Of a stretch of DNA of 64,000 nucleotides, positions 53,666 to 62,933 are shown piece after piece (the first letter of the stretch is position 1; the number at the start of each line of letters is the position of its first letter). Below the pieces are notes generated by a model, which saw only the letters and a list, made by a program, of their open reading frames with translations, made no database searches and had not been told where the DNA came from. The stretch comes from Clostridia bacterium (GTDB lineage Bacteria > Bacillota > Clostridia > Oscillospirales > UBA644). Location: contig JAGAOU010000044.1 of the NCBI GenBank assembly GCA_017623595.1, positions 68,914 through 132,913 on the forward strand, given 5' to 3'. A program made the position numbers and the translations under genes.

Positions 53666-54442
53666 ATGACCGATCGTAAAATGTGGAAAACCGGGTTTTC
53701 CTTTGGGGCTGTTTCTGAGGCGAAGCTGCAGAGAGCGGCTCGCGCGGGATTGGACCTGGTAGAGATCAACGGGATCGACGATCCCGAAAATTGGAGCAAG
53801 GTTCCTCAGTGGGAAAAGGAAACGGGTGTGAAGGTTTGGTCCCTCCACCTGCCCTTCAAAAAGGTGGGAAGACCCGATGATCCCGATGAATTGTGGAATG
53901 AAGTTTTTCCCAGACATCAGGAATTGATCTCCCGTTGCGGAGAGGCCGGGATCAAGCATCTTGTCATCCATTCCAGCGGCGAATCCAAGGAACTTTGGAC
54001 GCCTGAGGGCCGTGAAATCCGTATGCAGCGTGCCATCGAACGTCTGAATACCCTTTCCGATCTTTGTAAAGCAGCAGGTTGTGTCCTTTGTGTTGAGGTC
54101 CTTCCCCGTGTTTGTATCGGAAACTGCTCCGACGAAATTCTTCGTATTATGAATACAAACCCCGATCTTCGGGTCTGTTTTGACGTCAATCACCTGCTGA
54201 AGGAAAGTCATGTGGAGTTTATTGAGAAGGTCCATCCCTATATCGTTACCACCCACATTTCCGACTATGACTTCAAGGATGAATGTCATCTGATTCCCAT
54301 GCGCGGTCAGATCAACTGGAGAGAGCTTCAGACCGCATTGGAGTTGGTCGACTTTAAGGGGCCCTTCCTCTATGAAGGTGTCGGTATCGGTCATACGATG
54401 GAAGATGTCCGTCCCAACCACGAATATCTGAAGAATCTGTAA
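53666..54442 (+). CDS. sugar-phosphate isomerase/epimerase (TIM barrel), paralogue 4
   Basis: MTDRKMWKTGFSFGAVSEAKL..., the same motif set. Only 41 nt after paralogue 3 with no promoter or terminator cassette, so likely co-transcribed. Confidence 0.8.
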   Translation: MTDRKMWKTGFSFGAVSEAKLQRAARAGLDLVEINGIDDPENWSKVPQWEKETGVKVWSLHLPFKKVGRPDDPDELWNEVFPRHQELISRCGEAGIKHLVIHSSGESKELWTPEGREIRMQRAIERLNTLSDLCKAAGCVLCVEVLPRVCIGNCSDEILRIMNTNPDLRVCFDVNHLLKESHVEFIEKVHPYIVTTHISDYDFKDECHLIPMRGQINWRELQTALELVDFKGPFLYEGVGIGHTMEDVRPNHEYLKNL

Positions 54443-54450
54443 GCATAATA

Positions 54451-54487
54451 AAAAACACCCCGAAACACTTGCTTTCGGGGTGTTTTT
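54451..54487. terminator. bidirectional rho-independent terminator between convergent genes
   Basis: aaaaacaccccgaaa-cacttgc-tttcggggtgttttt, with A-run and T-run flanks serving both strands. Confidence 0.85.
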
Positions 54488-54492
54488 GCACG

Positions 54493-54690
54493 TTAAAAGA
54501 GCATGCATCCTTGTTTCTTGAACTGCTCTGCCATTTCGGGCAGTTTTTCTTCATCCAGGTCGAATTGCTCCGCCAGACAGTGATAGCACAGACAGTTTTC
54601 CCCGTCCCTCCGCACCAACTTTCGGTAGAGGGCAAATTCATCTGCCGTCAACTCTTTTTTGCAGACGGAACAGAAATAGACGAAGCTCAC
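54493..54690 (-). CDS. small Cys4 zinc-ribbon-like protein (65 aa), unknown function
   Basis: MSFVYFCSVCKKELTADEF...ENCLCYHCLAEQF has CxxC...CxxC. The start overlaps the GH27 stop (ATGA), and the gene ends at the terminator. Confidence 0.6.
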   Translation of the reverse strand: MSFVYFCSVCKKELTADEFALYRKLVRRDGENCLCYHCLAEQFDLDEEKLPEMAEQFKKQGCMLF

Positions 54691-55835
54691 AGCATTTTGA
54701 CCGGCTTTGCCCGGAAGATACGGCAGCCGCCTTTCGGAACCTTCACCGAAGCGAATTCACGGATGGGATCCATCTCTTCTCCGCTGTAAAGATCGGTCAA
54801 TTGCAGACCGTAACCGCTGGATGCGGACAGGCCCAATTCGTCAAAGATGAAATATGCATGGGTGTCACGGTCGGCAAAGTTGAAGCAGGCAATGGCGAAA
54901 TCTCCGTTGGACAGACGTTTTGCATAGGTGGGACATTGGGTGGTGTAGGTGGAATCGCCCGTAGCTGTGATCAGGAAGGGAGGACGGGCATCCTCGTCCT
55001 GATCAATGGCAATCAGTTCTTTATTGGTGAGAATGGCCATGGATTTTTCGCTCAGCTTGCGGATGTCACATCCGATGAACAGGGGAGAGGATGCCATGCA
55101 CCACATGGCAAACTGGAGCTCATAGTTTGCGTCGTTGCAGCCTTCCGTTCCGCAGAAGCCTTCGCCGTACATGCCGATGGTCATCATATCCAAATCGTTG
55201 AAGCAGTTTGGCGCGGAGTATTGCAGTTTTCCGTCGTATTGGCTCATTCCGAAGGTGGTGAAGTTTTTGAAATTGTCCTTCAGATCGTAGGTGGAACGGT
55301 ACATGTGGGCGCCTGCGGAGCGAATCCAGGACCAGACATCATCCTTGCCCCAGTTGCAGGCCGAGAAGACAATATCCCGTCCGCACAGGGACAAGGCTGT
55401 TCCCATACGGTGGTACAGTTGGGGGCCGTTTGCGTTTGCGGGATGGAAGCAGTTGTCATATTTCAGCAGATCTACGCCATAGCTTGCAAAGGTTTTTGCA
55501 TCGAGAAATTCGTGATCAAAGGAGCCGGGGTAGTTTCCGCAGGTGCGGATACCGCAGCAGGAATACATGCCGAATTTCAGCCCCTTGGAATGGATATAAT
55601 CCCCTACCGACTTCATACCGTTGGGGAATTTGTCGGGATCGGGCACCAGTTCATCGGTCTTCGGATCTCTTCGCTTCAGCGACCAGCCATCGTCGATGAC
55701 AATGTACTCGTAGCCTGCGTCCTTCAGACCGAGATCAATCATGGCATCGGCGGATTGACGGATCAGGGCATCGTTGCATTCCAAGCCAAAGGTGTTCCAC
55801 GTGTTCCATCCCATGGGCGGTTTTCTTACGTTCAT
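54687..55835 (-). CDS. alpha-galactosidase, GH27
   Basis: PPMGWNTWNTFG, YEYIVIDDGWS and LKYDNC, the hallmark GH27 motifs. Confidence 0.9.
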   Translation of the reverse strand: MNVRKPPMGWNTWNTFGLECNDALIRQSADAMIDLGLKDAGYEYIVIDDGWSLKRRDPKTDELVPDPDKFPNGMKSVGDYIHSKGLKFGMYSCCGIRTCGNYPGSFDHEFLDAKTFASYGVDLLKYDNCFHPANANGPQLYHRMGTALSLCGRDIVFSACNWGKDDVWSWIRSAGAHMYRSTYDLKDNFKNFTTFGMSQYDGKLQYSAPNCFNDLDMMTIGMYGEGFCGTEGCNDANYELQFAMWCMASSPLFIGCDIRKLSEKSMAILTNKELIAIDQDEDARPPFLITATGDSTYTTQCPTYAKRLSNGDFAIACFNFADRDTHAYFIFDELGLSASSGYGLQLTDLYSGEEMDPIREFASVKVPKGGCRIFRAKPVKML

Positions 55836-55856
55836 AGCAAACCCTTCCTTATTCGG

Positions 55857-58043
55857 TTAAATTTCGGTTAAATGAATCTTGAAGGATGTGAAATCCTCAC
55901 GGTATTCGGGGAAGATAAGTCCCGCATTCATCAATGTTTTTCCGTTATAAATTTTTCCGGTCTCTTCGTCCTTGTAGTTCTTTTCCGGATCCAGCCCCCG
56001 CAGCTTGATGTAGCGGTTACGATGCAGCTTTGTCATCATTACAACCACTGTGACCAGGGCTTCTTTCTTGTCGGGCGAGACGAACATCCACGCTGCTTCC
56101 TCTCGTGTATAGGGCGGAATCAAACGATAAAGGTCGCCGTTGTGAATAACGTTGAAATATTTATGGTATTCCTCGCACTGCACCTTGACCAGCTCTTTTT
56201 CCTCGTCGGTCAGCTTTGTAATATCCAACTCATACCCAAAGGTTCCCCAAAGGGCCACGTTTCCTCTTGTTTCGAAGGGGGTGGTCCGCTTCATATGGTG
56301 GCTGGGACAACGGGAGACATGGGCGCCCATGGAGGAAGCCGGATAGCACATGGAGCTTCCGAATTGAATGGGAAGACGTTCCATGGCATCGGTTTCGTCG
56401 CTGGCCCAGTATTGGGGGGAGTAGTAAAGCATGGCGGGATCATACCGTCCGCCGCCGCTGGCGCATCCCTCCAAAAGCAGGTTCGGATAGCGATCCAAAA
56501 GACGTTCCAACAGATCGTACAATCCCAAAACAAAGCGGTGGAAAACTTCCTTCTGCCGTTCTGCGGGGAGCAAGGCAGAGCCAACCTCGGTCAAGGGGCG
56601 GTTGAAGTCCCATTTAATATAATCGATCTGACAGGAATCCATGATTTTTGCCATGCAGTCCAGCAGATAATCTCGCACATCCTCTCTCGACATATCCAGT
56701 ACGTACTGGTTGCGGGAGGTGGACATGGTGCGTCCGTCAACCTTCAGACACCAATCGGGATGGGCTTCGTAGAGGTCACTTAATGGGTTGACCATTTCGG
56801 GCTCAAACCAGATACCGAATTTCATTCCGAGGCCGTGAATGCGATCGACCAGATCCTTCAAGGGACCGTTCAGCTTTTTCTCGTTTACATACCAGTCTCC
56901 CAAGCCGTGCTTGTCATCATCCCGTGTGCCAAACCAGCCGTCGTCCATGACCATCATTTCAATGCCCAGTTTGGAGGCCTCTTCTGCGATGGAATAGATT
57001 TTGTTTCCGTCGAAGGTGAATCGGGTTGCTTCCCAGTTGTTGATCAGAATGGGGCGTTTCTTGGTTTTCCAGGGACCGCGGCAAAGATTGTGGCGGTAAA
57101 GCTTGTGGTAGGTTCTGCTCATTTCTCCGAGGCCTTCGTTGGAATAGACCATCACCGCCTCGGGGGTGTAAAAGGTTTCCCCCACATCCAAACGCCAACC
57201 GAAGCCTTCGGGGTTGATTCCCATCAGCATTCGGGTTGTATAAAAGGCATCAACCTGGGTTTCGGATGCAAAGTTTCCGCTATAAATCAAGCTGATTCCG
57301 TAGGCTTCTCCTTGATCCTCCGTGGTTTCGGATCGGACAAGTGCTACAAAGGGATTGTGCTGATGCCCCGCATATCCCCGCTTGGAGGAAACCGTTTTGA
57401 TGCAGCGGGTCAGCGCTTCCCGTTCCACGGTGCATTCTCTCGACCAGGATCCGTCCAGATGCAGAAGCCGGTAATCCGCGTCAACAAAATCAAGGCAGGT
57501 CGACGCAATGCGTTCCAGATCTACAGCGCAAGCGGTGTTATTTGCTACCATAGTGTGACGGGTGATTACGTCTGCCTTGCGGAATACTGTATAGAACAGG
57601 GTGATTTCGATGCCTGTGGCAGGGTCCTTGCAGAAAACTTCCAGTGTATCGGCTTCTTCTGCTGTCGCATATGTAGCAGGTTGGTGGGGAATGGCGGGCT
57701 TGCCCTTGTAAATTTTATGGGAAACATAGCGAAGATCTGTGGAGTTGTGGCCGCCCCCGTCACGGATCTGCAATGCACTGATACGAAAGTCGCCGCTTCC
57801 GTTGGTGCTGTATTCCATGGGCGCCAATGCCGGAGAGAACTCGCGGTTATTCACATCGGGAGAGTTGGGGTAGGTTCCGTTGCGTTTGCCTCGGGCACAG
57901 AGATATCTCAGATCGTCCTCTCCCACCGTAGCGCCGTAATAGTCATGAATCAAATAATTCCCTTCATGAATGTGGAACAGGTATGTTGCTTTTGGCGTAT
58001 CTAAACGGAAGCTTTTTGTTTCCTGTAAAAAGCGAATGGACAT
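55857..58043 (-). CDS. alpha-galactosidase, GH36 (paralogue A)
   Basis: ORF trimmed to ATG 58043 (MSIRFLQETKSFRLDTP...) behind AGGAG. Motifs MVMDDGWFG, YIKWDFNR and EGCASGGGRYD. Confidence 0.9.
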   Translation of the reverse strand: MSIRFLQETKSFRLDTPKATYLFHIHEGNYLIHDYYGATVGEDDLRYLCARGKRNGTYPNSPDVNNREFSPALAPMEYSTNGSGDFRISALQIRDGGGHNSTDLRYVSHKIYKGKPAIPHQPATYATAEEADTLEVFCKDPATGIEITLFYTVFRKADVITRHTMVANNTACAVDLERIASTCLDFVDADYRLLHLDGSWSRECTVEREALTRCIKTVSSKRGYAGHQHNPFVALVRSETTEDQGEAYGISLIYSGNFASETQVDAFYTTRMLMGINPEGFGWRLDVGETFYTPEAVMVYSNEGLGEMSRTYHKLYRHNLCRGPWKTKKRPILINNWEATRFTFDGNKIYSIAEEASKLGIEMMVMDDGWFGTRDDDKHGLGDWYVNEKKLNGPLKDLVDRIHGLGMKFGIWFEPEMVNPLSDLYEAHPDWCLKVDGRTMSTSRNQYVLDMSREDVRDYLLDCMAKIMDSCQIDYIKWDFNRPLTEVGSALLPAERQKEVFHRFVLGLYDLLERLLDRYPNLLLEGCASGGGRYDPAMLYYSPQYWASDETDAMERLPIQFGSSMCYPASSMGAHVSRCPSHHMKRTTPFETRGNVALWGTFGYELDITKLTDEEKELVKVQCEEYHKYFNVIHNGDLYRLIPPYTREEAAWMFVSPDKKEALVTVVVMMTKLHRNRYIKLRGLDPEKNYKDEETGKIYNGKTLMNAGLIFPEYREDFTSFKIHLTEI

Positions 58044-58057
58044 AAATTGCTCCTTTA

Positions 58058-60232
58058 TTATTGAATCTCGGAAAGATAAACCTTGAAGGTGGTTCCGTCT
58101 GCCATGGATTTGGGATAGTTTACGCCAATATTCATCCATGCACTTCCGGGAAGGACGGTTCCCTGCTCATCGGCATAATTCTTGTTTGGATCCAGACCTC
58201 TAAAGTGTACTGTACGGCGGATCTGAGGATGGTTACGGATACAGACAAAGGTCAGAAGGGCTTCGCTCTTGTCCTCTGAAACATAGATCCAGGCACATTC
58301 TTCTCCGTTGGGAGGAATGACCCGATAGAGGTCTCCAAAGTGGATCACATCATAATATTTATGGTATTCCTTGACTTGTTCTCTGACCTCTTCCTTCTCC
58401 GCCTCGGACATTTTTGTCATGTCCAGCTCATAGCCGAAGGAGCCCGCCAAAGCTACATCGCCTCTTGTGCGAAGAGGAACGGTGCGCTTTGTCTGATGAT
58501 TTGGGCAGACCGAAACGTGAGAGGAAATGGCCGAGGTCGGATAGCAGATGGAGGTGCCGTACTGAATGTCCAGCCGTTCCATGGCATCGGTGTCATCGCT
58601 GGTCCAGATCTGGGGGGAATAGTAGAGCATGGCCGGATCGAATCGTCCGCCACCGCCCGAGCATCCCTCCAACAGAAGGTCGGGGTGGGCGGTCATAAGG
58701 CGATCCAGAAGATCATATACGCCCAGAACATAGCGATGGAACATTTCCTTCTGTCGTTCTGCGGGCAACAGGAAACTTGCAACCTCGGTCAAATTGCGGT
58801 TAAAGTCCCACTTGACGTATTCGATCTGTGCCGTGTTAAGAATATCATCCATGCATTTGAACAGATAATCCCGAACATCTTCGCGGGACATGTCCAGCAC
58901 ATACTGGGTGCGGCCGATGCTCATGGGGCGGTTCTCTACCTGCAGGCACCAATCGGGATGCGCGCGGAACAGATCACTGTCGGGGTTGATCATCTCGGGC
59001 TCAAACCAAAGACCGAACTTCATTCCCAATCCGTGAATCCGTTCGGAAAGATTGCTCAGGCCGCCTTTCAGTTTTTCTTCGTTAACGAACCAGTCTCCCA
59101 AACCTGCCTTGTCGTTGTTGCATGCGCCGAACCAACCGTCATCGAGGACCAGCATTTCCACGCCCAGCTCTCCCGCATCCTTTGCGATGTTGAAGATCTT
59201 CTCCTCGTCGAAATTGAAATAAGTACCTTCCCAGTTGTTGATCAGCAGGGGGCGCTTTTTCGTCTTCCATGGGCCTCTGCACAGGTTGTTTCGATAAAGC
59301 TTGTGGAAAATGCGGCTCATTCCGCCCAGACCATCTTTGGAGAAAACCATGATCCCTTCGGGCGTTTCAAAGGCTTCTCCCGGCTCCAGTCTCCAACCGA
59401 AATCGGTGGGGTTGATGCCCATGATCAGACGAAGGTCTCCGTCGTAGTCTTTTTCCACCTGAATGGAGAAGTTACTGCTGTATACCAAATTGAATCCGTA
59501 AGCGGCTCCTGTGTCTTCCGAGGTGTTTTTGTCTACAATGGCGGCAAAGGGATTGTGATGATGACTGGAGGAGCCTCGCTTGCTCTCGATGGCGGTGATT
59601 CCATGGGGAATTTCCTTCCGTTCAAAGGTGCGTTCCTTAGCCCAGGATCCGTAAAGATGACCAAGCTCCCAATTTCCGAAGGGAATCTCCACGCACAGAG
59701 AATAGATCCGCTCCAGGTCCATCACCTTTTCGGAATTGTTCTCCGCTTTGACCCGACGAGAAATGGCATCCTGCTGTTCAAATACGGTATAATATAATGT
59801 AATTCTTGCACCGGTAACCCCATCCTCGGTCAGAACCTCCAGTGTAGTAGTTTCTTCGTCGGTGCCATAGGTTGCAGGTTGCCCTTGAATAGCAGGCTTT
59901 CCGGGATAAACTTTATGAGATACATAACGGATATCTGTGGCGGCGTTGCCTCGGGATTCACGGATTTGCAGGGCGCTGATGCGATAATCTCCCGTTCCGT
60001 TGCAGGAATATTCCTGAGGCGCCGTTTCGGGAACTGTGGTCAGATCGGCGCTTCTCGGACTAAAAGATGCTTTTCCGATGCGGGCGGAGGCAGAGCGAAG
60101 ATCGCACATGGGAAGAATCTCTCCGTAATAATCGTGGATCAGAAATCCGCCCTCGTTGATATGAAAGAAATAGGCGGTGTTCGGGGTTGCAAGGCGGAAC
60201 AAACGCAGTTCTTCGGAATATTGAATAGGCAC
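58058..60232 (-). CDS. alpha-galactosidase, GH36 (paralogue B)
   Basis: GTG 60232 is 8 nt after GGAG ((M)PIQYSEELRLFRLATP...); ATG 60286 is the ORF-track alternative. Motifs LVLDDGWFG, YVKWDFNR and EGCSGGGGRFD. Confidence 0.85.
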   Translation of the reverse strand: MPIQYSEELRLFRLATPNTAYFFHINEGGFLIHDYYGEILPMCDLRSASARIGKASFSPRSADLTTVPETAPQEYSCNGTGDYRISALQIRESRGNAATDIRYVSHKVYPGKPAIQGQPATYGTDEETTTLEVLTEDGVTGARITLYYTVFEQQDAISRRVKAENNSEKVMDLERIYSLCVEIPFGNWELGHLYGSWAKERTFERKEIPHGITAIESKRGSSSHHHNPFAAIVDKNTSEDTGAAYGFNLVYSSNFSIQVEKDYDGDLRLIMGINPTDFGWRLEPGEAFETPEGIMVFSKDGLGGMSRIFHKLYRNNLCRGPWKTKKRPLLINNWEGTYFNFDEEKIFNIAKDAGELGVEMLVLDDGWFGACNNDKAGLGDWFVNEEKLKGGLSNLSERIHGLGMKFGLWFEPEMINPDSDLFRAHPDWCLQVENRPMSIGRTQYVLDMSREDVRDYLFKCMDDILNTAQIEYVKWDFNRNLTEVASFLLPAERQKEMFHRYVLGVYDLLDRLMTAHPDLLLEGCSGGGGRFDPAMLYYSPQIWTSDDTDAMERLDIQYGTSICYPTSAISSHVSVCPNHQTKRTVPLRTRGDVALAGSFGYELDMTKMSEAEKEEVREQVKEYHKYYDVIHFGDLYRVIPPNGEECAWIYVSEDKSEALLTFVCIRNHPQIRRTVHFRGLDPNKNYADEQGTVLPGSAWMNIGVNYPKSMADGTTFKVYLSEIQ

Positions 60233-60419
60233 AGTAAAAGCTCCTTTGCAATACTTTCTTTGACAGGGGAGAGGTGTATTTTTCATATTATAGCATGGAA
60301 TTGTGACGATTTGTTGTTTTTATAGGATCTTATTGTTGTATCCTTTTGTAGGTTTGTTTGTTTTTTGTCGGGAGATTTTTTTTATGTGTGAAGAAAATGT
60401 GAAATCGTTTGCAAAGACC

Positions 60420-60448
60420 TTGACAAATAGCATTAATTGTGCTATTAT
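60420..60448 (+). promoter_or_regulatory. promoter of the ABC transporter operon
   Basis: TTGACA, 17-nt spacer, TATTAT with a TG at the extended -10 position. Confidence 0.5.
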
Positions 60449-60502
60449 GTTAGCATGCTAAAGTGGTTGGCATGAAAACATTGTATTAAAGGAGTCTTCA
60501 TT

Positions 60503-61288
60503 ATGAAAAAGTTTTTGTCTTTACTGATGGCGGTTGTGCTGTCTCTCTGTCTGTTCTGCGCATGCGGCGGAAATGATTCCGCAGGCGACCTTCAGTATGT
60601 TAAAGATAACGGAAAAATCATCATCGGTGTTACCGTCTTCAAGCCCATGGATTGGCAGGAAGGGGACGAATGGGTCGGTTTTGATGCGGAAATGGCAAAG
60701 GAATTTGCCGAATATTTGGGCGTTGATGCGGAATTCCTGATTATCGCCGACTGGAGTAAGAAGGCAATGGAGCTGGATACCAAGGGTGTTGACGTTGTCT
60801 GGAACGGCATGACCATTACTGACGAAGTCAAAGGTCTGATGGGAGTATCCGATGCTTACTGCAAAAACGCACAGGTCGTTGTTGTGAAATCCGAAATTGC
60901 GGATACTATTAAGACCGTGGACGATGTGAAAAAATTGACCTTCGCGGTGGAAAACGGCTCTGCCGGCGCAGAAGCCCTGGATGCTATTGGGGTTAGCTAT
61001 ACCACCATGGATACTCAGGATAAAGCCCTGCTTGAGGTTAAGTCCGGTTCCGTCCAGGCTTGTGTTATCGACCTTTTGATGGCAGGCGCTATGGTTGGCG
61101 AAGGAACCTCTATGGCAGACCTTTCCATCACTATCAGCCTGACCGAGGAAGAATACGGTGTCGGCTTCCGTAAGGATAGCGATTTGGTTGCTGAATTCAA
61201 TAAGTTCTGGAAAGAAGCTTATGATGCGGGCACGGTCATGCAGATGGCTGAAAAATACGGTATTGCCAAGAATATCATCGCGAAATAA
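60503..61288 (+). CDS. amino-acid ABC transporter substrate-binding lipoprotein
   Basis: Lipobox LFCA-C; type-3 periplasmic-binding-protein-like sequence. Confidence 0.85.
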   Translation: MKKFLSLLMAVVLSLCLFCACGGNDSAGDLQYVKDNGKIIIGVTVFKPMDWQEGDEWVGFDAEMAKEFAEYLGVDAEFLIIADWSKKAMELDTKGVDVVWNGMTITDEVKGLMGVSDAYCKNAQVVVVKSEIADTIKTVDDVKKLTFAVENGSAGAEALDAIGVSYTTMDTQDKALLEVKSGSVQACVIDLLMAGAMVGEGTSMADLSITISLTEEEYGVGFRKDSDLVAEFNKFWKEAYDAGTVMQMAEKYGIAKNIIAK

Positions 61289-61354
61289 TCAACCTGTTAT
61301 TACCGCAAGGCAGGAAGGTTTTCCTTTCTGCCTTGCGTCTTTTGCGGAGTATTT

Positions 61355-62023
61355 ATGCTGTTAGCTTTTTCCACAGATACCTCCTTTTGGAGCGTTACTC
61401 TTACCCTGTTGGAGGGCCTTTTTGTTGCGGGGAAACTTTTTTTCCTGACCCTGCTTCTGGCTCTTCCGTTGGGACTTTTGATCTGCTTTGCTTCCATGAG
61501 CAAGATTGCACCGCTGCGTTGGTGCTCCAAGACGCTTGTCTGGATCATTCGCGGTTCCCCTCTGATGTTACAGATTTTGATCGTTTATTACGGTCCCGGG
61601 CTGATCTTTGATCTGCCTCTGTTGCCTCGTTTTACTGCGGCATTGGTGACCTTTGCGTTGAATTACGCCTGCTATTTTTCCGAGATTTACCGCGGCGGGA
61701 TTCAGTCGGTTCCCAAGGGGCAGTATGAGGCGGGACAGGTTTTGGGTATGACCCGTACCCAGATCTTTTTCCGAGTAACCCTTCTTCAGTTGATCAAGCG
61801 TATTGTGCCTCCTATGGGCAACGAGTTTATCACCCTTGTGAAGGATACCGCTCTTGTTCGTATTATTTCGGTTTACGAGGTGATTTGGGCCGGGGAGTCC
61901 TATATTAAGTTGGGTATCATTTGGCCTTTGTTCTATACCGGCGTCTTTTATCTTGTCGTCAACGGGCTCTTGACAATCTTCCTTTCCCGTTTTGAGAAAA
62001 AACTGGATTACTTTAGGGGGTGA
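61355..62023 (+). CDS. amino-acid ABC transporter permease
   Basis: HisM/GlnP-like; EAA-loop region ...YEAGQVLGMTRTQIFFRVTLLQ. Confidence 0.85.
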   Translation: MLLAFSTDTSFWSVTLTLLEGLFVAGKLFFLTLLLALPLGLLICFASMSKIAPLRWCSKTLVWIIRGSPLMLQILIVYYGPGLIFDLPLLPRFTAALVTFALNYACYFSEIYRGGIQSVPKGQYEAGQVLGMTRTQIFFRVTLLQLIKRIVPPMGNEFITLVKDTALVRIISVYEVIWAGESYIKLGIIWPLFYTGVFYLVVNGLLTIFLSRFEKKLDYFRG

Positions 62024-62029
62024 CGGTAT

Positions 62030-62827
62030 ATGGCAATGCTTGAAGTGCGTGATATTTATAAATCCTTTGGCGACGTGCAGGTTCTCAAGGGTATCGAATT
62101 TTCTCTGGAAAAGGGAGAGGTTTTGTCTATTATCGGTTCCTCGGGAAGCGGCAAGACTACATTGCTTCGTTGCTTGAATTTCCTTGAAAAAGCAGACCGT
62201 GGTACCGTTTCGGTTAACGGTGAGGTCGTTTTTGACGGGAACTTTAAGGGGAAAATTTCCGACAGTGAACTGCGTCGCAGAAGACTTTCCTTCGGATTGG
62301 TGTTCCAGTCCTTCAATCTGTTTCCGCAGTATACGGTGCTGCAGAATATGACCTTGGCACCCTCGCTGATGCTGAAGGAACAGTTGCGAAACAAAGCAAT
62401 TTCCCGCGAGGAATACAAACTCCAATCGGAGGGGCTGGAAGAGAAATGCCTCCATATCCTGGATCAGGTGGGACTTCTTGATAAAAAGGATTCCTATCCC
62501 TATCAGATTTCGGGCGGTCAGCAGCAGCGTGCCGCCATCTCCCGTGCCCTTGCCATGGAGCCGGCAATCCTCTGCTTCGATGAACCCACCTCAGCCCTTG
62601 ACCCCGAGTTGACGGGTGAGGTCTTAAAAGTGATTAAAGGTTTGAAGACTTCCGACCGTACCATGGTAATCGTTACCCATGAAATGGAATTTGCCCGCAA
62701 TGTGTCGGATAAGGTTCTTTTTATGGCCGATGGTCAGGTCTGCGAGTACGGTTCCCCTGAGGAAGTGTTCGGAAATCCGAAAACAGAGCGCCTGCGCGCC
62801 TTCCTTCGGGTCCTTTCCGAAAAATAA
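62030..62827 (+). CDS. amino-acid ABC transporter ATP-binding protein
   Basis: Walker A GSSGSGKTT, signature ISGGQQQR, Walker B ILCFDEPTSALD. Confidence 0.9.
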   Translation: MAMLEVRDIYKSFGDVQVLKGIEFSLEKGEVLSIIGSSGSGKTTLLRCLNFLEKADRGTVSVNGEVVFDGNFKGKISDSELRRRRLSFGLVFQSFNLFPQYTVLQNMTLAPSLMLKEQLRNKAISREEYKLQSEGLEEKCLHILDQVGLLDKKDSYPYQISGGQQQRAAISRALAMEPAILCFDEPTSALDPELTGEVLKVIKGLKTSDRTMVIVTHEMEFARNVSDKVLFMADGQVCEYGSPEEVFGNPKTERLRAFLRVLSEK

Positions 62828-62834
62828 AGAACGG

Positions 62835-62862
62835 TTGCTCTCCTTCGGGAGAGCAATCTTTT
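62835..62862 (+). terminator. rho-independent terminator
   Basis: ttgctctcc-ttcg-ggagagcaa followed by tctttta. Confidence 0.75.
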
Positions 62863-62933
62863 ATAAAAAAGACACATCCTTGCCCCGAAAAGGAAACGGT
62901 AGGGTTGTATAATAAGAGAAGAGGAGGGAGAAT

